Assembly: GCF_963921235.1 (NCBI RefSeq)
Contig: NC_086097.1
Coordinates: forward strand, 216,630,001-216,694,000
Reading direction: 5' to 3'
Length of the DNA: 64,000 nucleotides
From: Mobula hypostoma
Taxonomy: Eukaryota
Positions 1 to 13,815 of the stretch are shown here, in pieces. The number at the start of each line of letters is the position of its first letter. The first letter of the stretch is position 1. Under the pieces are notes generated by a model, which did no database searches, was not told the DNA's origin, and saw only the letters and a list, made by a program, of their open reading frames with translations. The position numbers and the translations under genes were made by a program.

Positions 1-374
1 TTGATTATTCTCAAGACAATATAAACTTAGCCTATCAGTTTCACTGTGAAGAGGGGATAAGTATAAAATCGGTAACACAAAGATACTATATTCAAAATCT
101 GAAATAAAATAGAAAACAGTAGAAATAATCAATAAATCAATCAGTACATTTGGAAAGAAACATAGTTAATATGTTTAATGTTAATGCTTTTCATCTTATT
201 GATTTGAGAAAACAATCACGGCATTCTTTCTTTATACAAAATATTGATGGCAGCAGATCACTATATTTTAGGAAAATTAGTTGAATGCAAATAGGTTCTA
301 TATACTGCTGATGGCTGCATTTAACAGCCAAGGGACAAAACTTGAAAGTATCAGTCACTTGACACTTATTTTAC

Positions 375-475
375 CTTTGATTCCTTTAGGTAACAGTGCA
401 TGGCCTGAGTCACGTCAGCAGCATGTACTGCGTTGTGATAAGGATTGTTACGGTGGTAGTCCTCCTGAACCATAA
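375..475 (-). CDS. PDE7A: PDE7A coding exon (exon 7 equivalent), 101 nt, (V)[33 protein letters not shown]
   Basis: ctttctgtgcag|TTATGGTTCAG...TCAAAG|gtaaaa. Contains the PDE catalytic signature NPYHNxxHAADV. Confidence 0.97.
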
Positions 476-725
476 CTGCACAGAAAGAGGAAAAAAAAGT
501 CCTTTGATCACAAACATGAGAAATATTTGGAAATATTAATGAAATTCAAGAGACAATTTCTTAAAATGCTTTGAATTTCTTCAAATTCAAATCTGAAAAT
601 TAATGAATTTTCATCATTCTCAAGTTGATTAAAATTTTATTTCCAAGATAACACCAAAATCTTATATTAGTATATAAATCTGATGTTGTAGGTGGAAATG
701 CACAAAAGGGTGAGTATATACAGTA

Positions 726-1287
726 CAGTGGATTCCTGTTAATTGGACAAGTTAATCAATTTGGGACAACTCTTAAAGAAAAAAAAACTAATTGAGAAAA
801 TATCCAGGATGGCCTTTATTTATTTGGGACACCATGCCACTTAAATGAACCAGGAGTCTGTTTCTGAACAGCTTCTATCTAGCGTCAATCACATGCACTT
901 GTGCGGCCATTAGACACTACACTGTACTTATGATACACTGTCAATTTGTATTTGTGTTCAAAATGCAGTGATGTTTGTCACTGATAGTTAACAAGAAATA
1001 AGTAGCAAGACAATTTGGAACTGGTTTACTCACCACAGTTCAAGCTTTCAGACTGAGTGTACACTGAATGAAATCCTCTGTTGATAACTATTAGGGACTA
1101 ACTCAGAGGTATTGGTAGTTCTCCAATTTGTTCTGTATTTCATTTAAGTACATAAATTTTTATTCAGTTAAATCATAATTTGTCTTTTTTTTACATCTTT
1201 TTAATAAATTTGAATGAATTGAGGCAGCTGCTTAATCAGGCCAAAATATACTGGTCCTGATGTGTCCCAATTAACCAAAATCCACTG
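726..1287. mobile_element. Non-autonomous Tc1/mariner-superfamily (Tigger-like) MITE
   Basis: Imperfect ~21-bp TIRs CAGTGGATTCCTGTTAATTGG / CCAATTAACCAAAATCCACTG, TA on the left flank, no ORF. Confidence 0.7.
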
Positions 1288-1594
1288 AAATTGTCCAATG
1301 ACCGGTCACAACAAAATTCAGCAGCATCCAAGGCTCAAAGTATCAATCACTGCTGAGATGTCTTTCACATCTTTATTACTATATCAATGTCAAATGCAAA
1401 GTGAAAACAGGTGCTGGACCCATGTACAGGGATGAGGTGGGGGATGTCGAAGTCACAGTCAGGATAAAAAGTTCAATCAGAGGCTTGGCCAAGAGTAGGA
1501 CAAAAGAACCTGAGCCAGATATGAGAAAGGATTATGAAGTCAGGAGACAAGGTTTAAGAATAAGTATCACATGACATAATTTGCCCCAATAATA

Positions 1595-3215
1595 TTGTTT
1601 ACTTGGATTTTCAGAAGCCCTTGACAAGATGCTGCACACAAGGCTGCTAAACAAAACTAGAATCCATGGTAATACAGAAAATATACTAGTATGGACAGAA
1701 GATTGGCTGACTGGCGGAAGGCAAAGAGTGGGATTAAAGGGGGCCTTAGTGAAATCTGAGAGACTACTAGACAGGTTTATGGAGGAATTTAAGGTGGGGG
1801 GTTATATGGAAGGCAGGGTTTAAGGGTCGGCACAACATTGTGGGCCGAAGGGCCTGTACTGTGCTGTACTACTCTATGTTCTATGTTCTCTGATTGGCTG
1901 CTGGTGACTAGCTTCTTTTCACACTATACGTCAATAATTTGGACAATGAAATTGTGACAAATTTGTGGACAATACAAGATAGGTGAAGGTGCAGGTAGTG
2001 TTGAGGAAGAAGGGAGTCTGCAGAAAGACTTGGATTGGTAGAATGAATAAAGAAGTGGTAGATGGAATACAATGTAAAGAGCATGACCAAGCACTTTGGC
2101 AGAATAAGTGCGTAGAATATTTTCCAAATGGGGAGAATATTCAAAAATCAGAGGGCAAAGGGGCTTGGGAGTTCTTTTGCAAGACTCCCTGAAGGTTAAT
2201 TTGCAGTTCGAGTCTGTGCTGAGGAAGGCAAATGCAATATCAGCATTCATTTCAAGAGGACTACAATATAACAGCAAGAATGCAATGCTGAGGCATTTTA
2301 AGGCACTGGTCAGACTACACTGCAACATCTCTTCCAGGGATGCCTACCCTGAAGTTTAAATCCCCCCCTTCAATGGGAGTTCAGTGAAACCTTCTTTCAC
2401 TACTCTCACTTTGATCTCTACTGCCCTAGACTCTTCAACCATATGCTCACTGCAAACCCGCTACCACCGACTTCACCCTTCCCTCGCCCCAGTTTCACCT
2501 TGCAGTTCTTCCTCCTCCCCCCAACTTTCTTACTCTGACTCATCTTTTTTCCATCCTGATGAAGGGTCTCGAAACGCCGACAATAATCTTTTCCATAGAT
2601 GCTGCCTGGGCCTGCTGAGTTCCTCCAACATTTTGTGTGTGTTCCTTGGATTTCCAGCATCTGCAGATTTTCTCTTGATCGTGATCTTTGTCTAAGAAAG
2701 GATGTGCTGGCATTGGAGATAGCCCAGAGAAGGTTCACAAGAATGATCCCAGCAATTGCAGGATTAATATATGAAGAATGTTCGATGGCTCTGAACCTCT
2801 ACTCACTGAAGTTTAGAAGAATGAGGGGTACCATATTGAAATCTATCAAATATTGAAAGGCACAGGCAGAGTGAATATGAAGAGGATCTTTCCTATAGTT
2901 TGGGAGTCTGGGATCAGAGGGTGCAGCCACAGAATAAAAGGATGTCCCTTTAGAACCGAAAACAGGAGGAATTTCTTTAGCCAAAGGGTGGTGAATCTGT
3001 GGAATTCATTGCCACAGACGTCTGAGGATGCCAAGTCATTAGGTACAATACATTTAAAGTGGAGGTTGATAGGTTCTTAATTAGGGTCCCAAAGGTTATG
3101 GCAAGAAGGCAGGAGAATGGGGTTGAAAGGGATAATACATCAGCCATGATAAAATGCGGTGCAGGCTCAATGGGCTGAATGGCCTATTTCTGCTCCCATG
3201 TCTTATGGTTTTATG
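1595..3215 (+). mobile_element. Degenerate CR1 LINE, 3' part (RT and C-terminus), interrupted by a CR1 tail (~1750-1888) and a PLE fragment
   Basis: Frameshifted ORFs (WTEDWLTGGRQRVG, QRRFTRMIP, NFFSQRVVNLWNSLP) and a tcttatgg-type tail. Confidence 0.9.
2325..2680 (+). mobile_element. Penelope-like element 3' fragment nested in CR1, with degenerate hammerhead motif (2556-2581)
   Basis: CTGATGA-agggtctc-GAAAC followed by the shared atagatgctgcctgg...ttccagcatctgcag end. Confidence 0.75.
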
Positions 3216-4934
3216 TTATTCTATGCTAATTTGATACTGACATCACATAATCAGCACAAACACAATCCATTATTGGAAGTGCTGATCAAATTTCCCAGAG
3301 GGAACAATTTGAAATCATCACAGTTGCGTTCCACCTCAGAAATTCATCTCCTACACAGTGCCTTGCCTTCTGATCTTCACATCTCTACCATCTATAATTC
3401 ATCAAGAACACATCACTTGGAGGTTTCATTTGAGGTATTTTAAGTGCTCCTTACCTACTAGTGTCCAAATTATAAATACAATGACTTCAATATTTTTGAT
3501 TTCTAAGTCTCTTCTAAGGTTCACTCCATCCTGCAGCCTTCTCTTACTCCAAATCCCAATTTACAACTCCAGGTTTGAACTTAGTTTACCTGGCTCTTTA
3601 TATTCCAGTAAAACTGTAATCTAATTCCTCAGTCTTTTCAGTGAACAAAAATATTCAGATTCCGTTCCTCTGACTCAAATCATACAAGTCAGAGGTGATT
3701 CAAAGTGCTAGACAGACATGGTACCAGGATTGAAACAGTGCAGAACATTCAATAACTAGAGGCAAAGAAAATCATGACTTACATCAAAACCTTTGTAACA
3801 TTGGCAAATTCAAAAAGGACTTCATGTGCAATATTTGGATTACTAAAATATCACAATACAGTGGGAATAAAATAAGAACAAGCATATCAATGTATGCCTA
3901 AACTCAAGATGAAAGGTTTTAAGTTCTTGTATACTGGTACAAATTCCAGGCACATAGGTCCTGTTCAGGATCGATGCAAAGCATTTTAACAGATCTAGGA
4001 CCAATGACCTAAGAGTTTTTCTCTGGTGCGGTCCACTTGGGCTTGTACTAAGTAGTTTAAATAAATACCAGATTGAATAGAGAAAAGTGACAAAATTGAA
4101 AAGGAAAATAACATGGGTAAAGAGAGGGCTTAAGAGGGGAATGTAATAATGTAAAAAAAAGAATCTAAATGTCTTCCAGTGGCATGCAGACAGTAAGATA
4201 GGGATGGGATGGATCTGGAATAAGGAAGTGCTCAAAGGATAACAGATGATGTACCTGGAAAACTAAATAACCAGTCTTTACCAAAGAAGAATTTACTGCC
4301 ACAAAATTTCAAAAGTAGATCGAGCAGAAAAATTATGAGGGGAAGGTAACAACATATTAAAATTTGTTTTATTTTGCATTAAGTCAATTTTTTTTATATG
4401 AACTCTGCAGAATAGTAATTACTAGTGATCCAAATGGTACTAATACCATGTTTTTTTTTCAGATATCAAGAAATTACAAGCATGTGTGCCTAGGTAAAAT
4501 ATCCAAATGTTCAGATGGGACACAACTTGGAAATGTGATAAAGGGTAAATGTTAGAAATAGTGAGCAAGAGGACATAGAATGGGCAGGCATATGGCAGAA
4601 GATATTTAATATACAGAAGCGTAATTACGATTCATTTTGGATGACAAAGTAGGGAAGAGAGAAAAAAACAGAAATGGGAGAGTTCCAAAGGGTTTATCAG
4701 CAAAAAAAATGAGTAAAATACTTATGAACATGCATCCCTAAAGCTGAACAGCAAAGAACATTTAAAAAACCATTGGGATCTCAGGACTTGTAAACAGAGC
4801 CACGGAGTGCAAAAGAATGGAGGATATGTTAAACATGTATACAGCACTGACTGGTCAGATCACAACTAGGCTAATGCATCCAATTCTTGTCACCTAATTT
4901 TAAGAGATAGAACAGAGGTATTAGGGAAGATAAG

Positions 4935-7900
4935 CAGGAGGGAGATAGGAGCTACAGGGAGTTTGTCACCCCGAGGCTGCAGGAGTGGGTGACTGTCAGG
5001 GAAGGGAAGAGCTCAGACAGTAGAGAGCACCCCTGTGGCCATCCCCATCAGTAATCATCATCTCGTTTTGGATGCTGTAGAGAGGTGTGACCTGACAAAG
5101 GACGACCACGACGATTGGGTCTCTGGCACTGAGCCTGGGTCCATGGTGCAGAAGGAAAGAGGAAGATGAGGAATGCAGTAGTCATAGGGGATTCCATAAT
5201 GAGGGGAACAAACGGGAGGTTCTGTCAGCCTGATAGAGATACCCACATGGTGTGTTGCCTCCCAGGTGCCAGGGTACGGGATGTTTCGGATCAGATACAG
5301 AGTATTCTGAAGGGAGAGGGTGAACAGCCAGAAGTCTTGGTACACTTTGGTACCAATGACATAGGTAGAAAAAGGGAGGAGGTCCTGAAAGAGAATTCAG
5401 GGAGTTAGGTAGGAAGCTGAAAGCAAGACCTCCAGGTAATGCCTGTGCCACACGCTAACGAGCGCAAGAATAACATAATCAGGCATATTAATGTGTGGCT
5501 GAGAGACTGGTGTAGGGGGCAGGGCTTCAGAGTCCTGGATCACTGGGGTTCTTCTGGGGGAGGTACGACCTACACAAAAAAGATGGGTTACACCTGAACC
5601 CAAAGGGGTCTAATATCCTAGCAGGCAGGTTTAATAGAGCTGTTAGGGAGGGTTTAAACTAATTTGGCAAGGGGATGGGAACCAGAGTGATAAGTCTGAG
5701 GAAGGGGAAAACAGAAATAAATCAAAGATAGCGGGCAACAGAGATGATAGAAAGGACAGGCAGGAGATGAGGCATAATCACAGCCAGTGGGATGAGTTAC
5801 AGGGCAAAAGAGGCATGGTGCAGTTAAAACAAAAAGCAACAAATACTAGACTGAAAGTGTTATATTTGAATGCATGCAGCATAAGAAATAAAATGGACCA
5901 TCTTGAAATTCAGCTACAGATTGGCAAGTATGACGTTGTGGCCATCTCTGAAACTTGGCTAAAGGATGGCTGCCATTGGGAGCTGGACATCCAAGGATAT
6001 ACGGTGTATCAGAAAGATAGGTTAGTAGGCAGAGGGGGCGGTGTGGCCCTGTGTATAAGACATAATATTAAATCATTAGAAAGGATGACATAGGATCAGA
6101 AGGTGTAGAGTCTCCACGGGTTGGGTCAAGAAATGGTAAGGGTGAAAGGACCCTAATGGCAGTTGTATACATGCCTCCAAACAGCAGCCGGGATGTGGAT
6201 TACAAATTACAGCAGGGTATAGGAAAGGTGTGTCAGAAGGGCAATGTCATGATAATCGTTTGGGATTTTAACATGAAAATGGATTGGGAAAACCAGGTCA
6301 GTACTGGATCTCCAGAAAGAAAATTTGTAGTATATCTAAGGGATGGCTTTTTAGAAAAGCTTGTTGAGCCTACTAGGGGATTGGCTGTGCTGGATTTGGT
6401 GTTGTGCAATGATCCAGTGGTGATAAGAGAGCTTAAGGTTAAGGAACCCTTAGGGAACAGTGATCGCAACATGATCCAGTTCGCTTTGAAATTTGAGAAG
6501 GAGAAACTAAATTCTAAGGTGTCGATATTTCAGTGGAATAAAGGAAGTTACAATGGCATGAGAGAGCAACTGGCCAAGGTTGACTGGAAAGGGACACTAG
6601 CAGGAAGGACAGCAGAGCAGCAACGGCTGGAATTTCTGCGAAAAATGAGGGAAGTGCAAGACAGATATATTCCAAATAAGAAGAAATTTTCGAATGGAAG
6701 AGGACACTACCGTGACTGACAAGTGAAATCAGAACCAAAATAAAAGCAAAAGAGAGGGCATAAAAGGAAGTCAAGGCTAGTGGGAAAATAGAGGATTGGG
6801 AAGCTTTTAAAAACTTGCAGAAGAAAACTAAGGCGGCCGTTAGGAAGAAAAGGATGAATTACACTGGACAACAAAGATTTTGCTTCCTGAATACCTTTAG
6901 GTGTATCTTATGAATTTTGGGCTACTGATCAGGAAAATCACCATGAAATTTCCCTAACATCACCATTTTTTAATAAACCTATGTTTATTATTTCAATTCA
7001 TAATTCAAGTCAATTAAAATGTTGCCTACAATGTAAGCTGGAAAGTTTCCTATCTTGTCCAGGCAAGCTTGGGCATACTTGGGCGGCGTGGTTGCCGCAT
7101 GGCAGGACAGGTTTTAGTAATAATTATTGGGTTCAGGACTGTAAGGGTGGAATTTGCTATCACTAGGCACAAAAATTTCTATGAAGGATTTTGATATTTG
7201 AGACAGATGCTTCCCAGAATAACTGATGCCAAGATTAAGGAAAGCATTTTTGTTGGTCCACAAATCAAACAGGTCATCAATGACAGGCAACTTGAAGAAT
7301 TTCTAGTAGGTCCAGAGAAAATCACATGGAAGGCATTCAAGGAAGTTGTTCAAATTTTTCTCGGCATCTACAAAGCACCAAACTACATGCAGCTGGTTGA
7401 AAGCATGCTTCAAGCATATAAAACCATGAAATGCAACATGTCACTAAAGATTCATTTTCTGCATTCCCATTTAGACTTCTTCCCTGCAAATCTTGGTGCT
7501 GTTAGTGACAAGCATGGTGATAGGTTTCAACAGGACATTGCGGTCATGGAGAAAAGATACCAGGGCAACTGGAATCCATCAACACTGGCGAATTATTGTT
7601 GGACACTTAAGCGAGAAGCCTCAGACACTGAGTACAAATGAAAATCATTAAAATATTTTTAACTTAGTTGGACTACTGCAAAGCATCAGCACCATTATGC
7701 AATTAAACACATTATATTCAATAAAAGTTAATTTGTTGTTTCTCCAAATTCCTACGTGATACAAGCAGTCTGAAATCATATTTGTGCTCATCTTCAAGCA
7801 AGCTGTCATAAACAAAAAAAAATTCTGAGGGAGCAATACTTTCGCAAAAATTTGTTGTCCAGTGTTACGAAAAGAAGTTGGCGACTAATAATCAAAGGTG

Positions 7901-9645
7901 GTATTAAAAGCTTTTTTAAATATATAAAGGGTAAAAGGGTCGAGGGTAGATATGGGACCAATAGAAAATGACACTGGAGATATTGTAATGAGACATGCAG
8001 AGATCGCAGAGGAACTGAATGCGCATTTTGCATCAGTCTTCATGGTGGAAGAAACCCGCAGTATACCAGACATTCAAGAGTGTCAGGGAAGTGAAGTATG
8101 TGCAGTGAAAATTACGACTGAGAAGGTGCTCAGGAAGCTTAATGGTCTGAGGGTGGATAAATCTCTTGGACCTGATGGAATGCACCCTCAGGTTCTGAAG
8201 GAAGTAGCTGGAGAGGTTGCTGAGGCATTGACAATTATGTTTCAAGAATCGATAGATTCTGGCATTGTACCAGATGAATGGAAAATTGCAAATGTTACTC
8301 CACTATTTAAGAAGGGTGGGAGGCAGCAGAAAGGAAACTATAGACCAGTGGTTGGGAAGTTGTTAGAATAGATTATTAGGGATGAGATTACGGAATACCT
8401 GGAGGAACATGACAAGATAGGCCTAAGCCAGCATGGTTTCCCGAAAGGGAAATCCTGCCTGACTAACCTACTGTAATTTTTTGAGGAACTTACAAGCAGG
8501 GTAGACAAAGGAGATGTAGTAGATGTGTTGTACTTGGTATTTCAGAAGGCCTTTGACAAGATGCTGCACATGAGGCTGCTTAGCAAAATAAGAGCCCATG
8601 GAATTACAGGGAAGTTACTAGCATGGGTGGAGCATTGGCTGATCAGCAGAAAACAGAAGGTGGGAATAAAGGGATCCTATTCTGGCTGGCTGCCGGTTAC
8701 CAACAGAGTTCCACAGGGGTTGGTGTTGGGACTGCTGCTTTTTACGATGTATGTCAATGATTTGGACTATGGGATTAATAGATCTGTGGCTAAATTTGCC
8801 AAAGATACAAAGATAGGTGGAGGATTGGGTACTGTTGGGGAAACAAGAAGTGGCAAGTGAAATACAATGTTGGAAAGTGTATGGTCATGCACTTTGGTGA
8901 AAGAAATAAATGGGCAGACTATTATTTAGATGGGGAGAGAATTCAAAATGCAAAGATGCAAAGAGACTTGGGAGTCCTTGTATAGGATACCCTAAAGGTT
9001 AACCTCCAGATTGAGTCGGTGGTGCAGAAGGCAAATGCAATATTACTATTCATTTCTAGAGGTATAGAATACAAGGGCAGGGATGTGATGTTGAGGCTCT
9101 GTAAGGCACTCGTGAGACCACACTTGGAATACTGTGTGCAGTTTTTGGCTGCTTATTTACTGACACTGGAGAGGGTTCAGAGAAGATTCACACAAATGAT
9201 TCCAGGAATGAAAGCTTTACTCTATGAGGAACGTCTGGCAGCTCTTGGGCTGTATTCCCTGGAGTTCAGGAGAGGGGGGGGGGGCGGATCTCATAGAAGC
9301 ATTCCAAATGTTAAAAGGCCTGAACAGATTAGATATGGCAAAGTTATTTCCCATGGATGGGGAGTCTAGGACAAGAGGGTACGACTTCAGGATTGAAGGA
9401 CATCCATTTAGAACAGAGATGCGGAGAAATTACTTTAGTCAGATGTGGTATATCTGTGGAATTTGTTGCCACAAGCAGCTGTAGAGGCCAAGTCACTGGG
9501 TGTATTTAAGGCAGAGATAGCTAGGTTCTTGATTAGCCAGGGCATCAAAGGGTATGGGGAGAAGGCAGGGAAGGATTGGATCAGACCATGATTGAATAAT
9601 GGGGCAGACTCAATGGGCCAAATAGTCTATATCTTATGGTCTTAT
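4935..9645 (+). mobile_element. Near full-length degenerate CR1 LINE: ORF1 SGNH esterase, ORF2 APE endonuclease and RT
   Basis: ORF1 VVIGDSIMRG...HFGTNDIG (5166-5408). APE LYLNACSIRNK...ISETWL...GGGVAL...WDFN (5767-6719). RT GPDGMHP...NYRP...FQKAFD...PQG (7952-8860). C-terminus and tail to ~9645. Many stops and frameshifts. Confidence 0.95.
6862..7864 (+). mobile_element. Internally deleted Chapaev3-type (CMC superfamily) DNA transposon inserted in CR1
   Basis: TIRs CACTGGACAACAAA / TTTGTTGTCCAGTG and a 3-bp TTA TSD; excision restores CR1 ATGAATTACGAAAAG. ORF 7198-7641 has IFVGPQI and SLKIHFLHSHLDFFPANLGAVSDKHGDRFQQDI...ANYCW, a transposase C-terminus. Confidence 0.85.
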
Positions 9646-10110
9646 TCAAGATCATGACTACTTTACACAGGATTCAGAAGAGAAATATTAGTAGATGATT
9701 CAAGGACCAAATGGTATTAGTTGAAAACTTTAGAAAATAAATAATGAAATGTGAGAAATAGTTTTTTTTTAAATGCAGAAATTATGACCCAGAACTCTTC
9801 CTGTAAGAGATAGAATGACTTGCAAGATTGTTGGGAAAGGTCAAGAAAATGGGATTTGACATTCCCTCCAGCAAGCATAGACCAAGCCTATCCAATGCTT
9901 CCTGATAATTCAAACCCTCCAAACCAGGCAACATCCTTGTTAATCTTTTCTAAATCCCCTCTTGTTTAATCGTGTGCTGATTTCTAGAGCAGGGATAGAC
10001 AATGGATTAAATGGCCTTCAATGCTGTACATATCTAATATTCTAATATGTCACATAGTTATCAAATAGAAAGATATAGAAAAGACATCTGGTAAAACAAA
10101 GGTTACTTAC

Positions 10111-10206
10111 CTAAAAATCGACGCAGTTTTATCAAATCTAAGCTGAAATGTTCCGTAAGTCCATGGTATTTAAATAAGTGGAAGGTCAAAGTAATCAGAC
10201 TATTTC
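10111..10206 (-). CDS. PDE7A: PDE7A coding exon (exon 6 equivalent), 96 nt, (G)[31 protein letters not shown](V)
   Basis: ttttatactcgcag|GAAATAGT...TTTTTAG|gtaagt. LTFHLF and KLRRFL favour PDE7A over PDE7B (LLCHLF, TLHRFL). Confidence 0.96.
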
Positions 10207-11299
10207 CTGCGAGTATAAAAAAAACTTTGTAATTACTTGACACTCATTTCACTTTGTACATTTAAATTTCTAAGAAAAATATCAAATTCAAGCATTTTTA
10301 GTTCTCAATTAAAAGTTACCACTTATGGTCTTATTTTCCATAATTTCAATGCTAAAGATCTGCATTTTGAAAAAAAACAGTAACTTAAATTCGAAAGAAA
10401 TAAAACCAGATAAATCAAGTCTTGAATTCCTAGAAAATTTGGTCCAAAGTAATAGAAAAAAGTGCAATGATGCACTTGAGCTACTTTCACAAACAGTTTT
10501 GCATTCTTCAGCTCTGAATTGGTAAAAACCCTCTGGCACTTATCAATACCATACCTCTTTCCTCCCCTCCTCCCCCAATGTATATAACAGCACAATCAAA
10601 TTATGCTATTTCATGGCAACTGTTAAAACAATCTTTTGTTAATTCTCCTGTGTGACACCTACAACATGAATGTTTTTCATGAATCCAACTTCATGACAAT
10701 GCATTAAAAGAATTGAAGTTTTTTTCAATCTATAATGTTTTTCAATTTTTAATTTTCCATGCTAAAAGAAGGCCTTGACAACTGAATCTGGAATAAATTT
10801 CACACTTTTAACAAGGGAACATTTCCATTTGTATGATACAAATTATTTTCATTCTCAGATTGTGTCCTTTCAGGATATTCAATGTTTATTCAGGTATTAA
10901 CAAAAAACTAAAAAACATAAATTACTTTGGGCATTTAATAATTCTAAAGCAGTACTAAAATGCCTTTTCTGTTCCTTGGGAACCTTAATTCTGAAGTGTA
11001 GCCTGTCAAGTAGGGGGAGCATCAGTGATAGTTTATCAGTGGGGGAGCATTTTGGAAATGGTAACCACAACTGTATACTCGCATTTAAAAGTAAATACAG
11101 AATGGATGGATCAGGAATAAAAATCTTAACTTGCTCTACATCTGATAGTGGGAATCATTCAAAGAAAAATAATGAGAGTTCAGGGCCAAAATATTCCTGT
11201 AAGCATGAAAGCCAAAAACAGGTACGGGTAACTCCGTGGCAGGTTGGATGAATAGAGAAAAGGAAGCAGCATATAGCTGAACAGCATAGAAAGGGTTCC

Positions 11300-12330
11300 T
11301 ACTTATAACAATCTCACTTACCTGCATTAATTACATATCCCTCTATGCCTTTTGCATTCAAGTACCAATCTAGATGTCTTTTAAATGTTGTTGCTGTCTC
11401 TGTCTCCACCACCTCCTCTGACAACTCACTCCAGCTATCAACTACTGTGTGAAAAATTGAACCCTCAGACTCCCTCTTAAGACATCACTCTCATCTTAAA
11501 CTATCTCCTCTAATTTTAGATACTTCTACCATGGAAACAAACTCTGGCTATCTATCCTACCTGCCTCTCATGATTTTATATACTTCAATCATGTTATTTC
11601 TCAGCCTCTTCGTTCCAGAGAGTATAGATTCAGCCTATCCAATGTTTCCTGATAATTCAAGCCCTCCAATCCAGGCAACATCCTCGTTAATCTTTTCTAA
11701 ACCCTCTCTTGCTTAATCAAATCATGTGGTGAGCTGAACTGCATAAAATACTCCAAAATGATTGTAACATGACTTTTTAAACTTTTGTATTCAAAATCAT
11801 GACTGATGAAGGCAAGCATACCATATGCCTTCTTCATTACCCTAACTTTCTTGGTTACCACTTTCGAGAACTATGCATTATCTCCTAGGTCTTTCTGTTC
11901 AACACCACTACCCAGAGCTCTGCTATTCACTGTGCATGTCCTGCTAGGTTCAGCGTCACTTCAAATTAAATTTCATCTGCCATTCCTTTGCCCATTTTCC
12001 CAGTTGATCAATGTCTTGTCTTAGACAGTTTAACTGCCTTAGACAGTTTCCTTCACTGTCCACTAGCCCTATTTTGGTGCAAGCTTAATGTCATCTACAT
12101 TCTAATTCAGATTCAGATACATGACAAACATCATTCTGCCAGTTTGCAAAATAAATATATAAATATATAAATAAATACAACCTTCTATTAGCATACTCAG
12201 ACTTCTTCCACCAAGCCAATTTTACATCTACCTGGCTGGCTCACCCATGATCCCATGTGATCAAACCTTCTAGACCACACAACCATATGGGTCCTTGTGA
12301 ACACCCTTGCTAAAGTCTATGTAGGATCCA
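11300..12330 (-). mobile_element. Old, highly diverged CR1 LINE fragment
   Basis: Reverse complement resembles the CR1 3' regions elsewhere in the window (ccaggcaacatcctcgttaatc, gatgaaggcaagcataccatatgccttc). Confidence 0.7.
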
Positions 12331-12689
12331 TGCATCTGTTTTCTATTTGCACTGTGTTCTGCAGAGTTTATGTAGATAATGCCTACCAGGTCCAAAGAAG
12401 GGGGAGGTTCATCAAGGTTAGAAAAAGTGTAGGGAAGTACTTACAAAGGAAATAAGCAGGGCAAAGACGGGTCACAAAACATTTCAAACAGGATTAAGGC
12501 AATTTTGAAGTGGCTTTTAAGTATATCAAGGGCAAAAGAATAACCAGGAAAACAGAACTGGGCAACCTGCACAAGGAACCAGAAGGTATAGGCACAGACC
12601 TAAATGAATACTTTTCATTGATATTCACAAAGGAAATCAACATTGTAGTTGGAGGATTCAGGAAAGAGATAAGTGAAATCCTTTTGCAC

Positions 12690-13815
12690 GCCTCCATTAC
12701 CTTTGCTGCCAATTACAAATGGGGCACATTTGATTTTTCCTTATCTAGACACCTTGATCTCCATCTTAGGGGGCAGGATAGCTACCAATATTCAATATAA
12801 GCACTCAAGTCCCTCACCTAGGCTATACTCTCCTGAGTGCAAGGACTACTCCATTATCCCAGTTTCTTTATCAGCAACATTTCAAAAACCCAGATAAGGT
12901 AAGACTTACCAAACCAGTATCTTGAAATGCTTTCCCCTCTACCACTGTTGACAGGGCTCTGAAGTGCATCTCCTCTACTTCCTACATATTTAATCGCATC
13001 CCTTCTCCTCCAAATTAGAACAGCGACAGGATTTTTCCTGCTCTCACCTTCCAACCCCAAGCCTTTCACATTAACTGGATCATCCTCTAACTTACGTCAT
13101 CTTCATCAAGATTCCATATTAGATGCATCTTCTCCCCTCTCAAAATCCTGGAGGACTTCCCGTCTCACTCTTCCATCTCTCCTACCAACTCCTTCTCACA
13201 TTATGTTTCCATGTAACCATGCAAGATACAACACCTGCTCTTTTATCCCTTTCTGTCCCACCACCCACCAAAGGTCCAAACAGGGTGAAGTAGCAACTGA
13301 TTCACACTTCTTGCAATTTCAAGTTTTTCTATTTAGTTCACACAATCTGAACTCAGAACAAAAACTCCATTCTTTTTGAAACTCAGACACCTGAGCTTCA
13401 ACTCACCTATCAAATTAATCCTCCGTCCCACTCTGATCGCTTTCTATTCTGCCTCCCACTTTGTTTAAGGATGCAGCTCTTCTTTTACCTGGACACGTTG
13501 CAGTCCTTAGGACATACTGAATTTAACTATTTCAGCTAACCATACTTTTATCATCAGGTCTCTTCATTTGTGGCTAAACCTTTGTTTTTGTTTTTTTTAC
13601 TCTCAGTTCTAATTACTGGTTTTGAAAAGAAATTATTATTTAAACAAGTTTGGCTTGCACCCTGTTAAGCATCCTGTCACACCCTCTTCTCTCCACCCCT
13701 CCTACTCTCCACAATTTAAAACATGTTTGTTTCTCACTTTGAAGGATCTGTGCCATGAAATGTTGACTGTTCATTTCCCAGGGGTGCTCCTTGATCTGCA
13801 GAGTGCCTCCAGCAA
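12690..13815 (+). mobile_element. Old, highly diverged Penelope-like element
   Basis: Collinear but degraded similarity to the PLE at 18225-19725, including an eroded 3' end at ~13735-13815. Confidence 0.55.
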
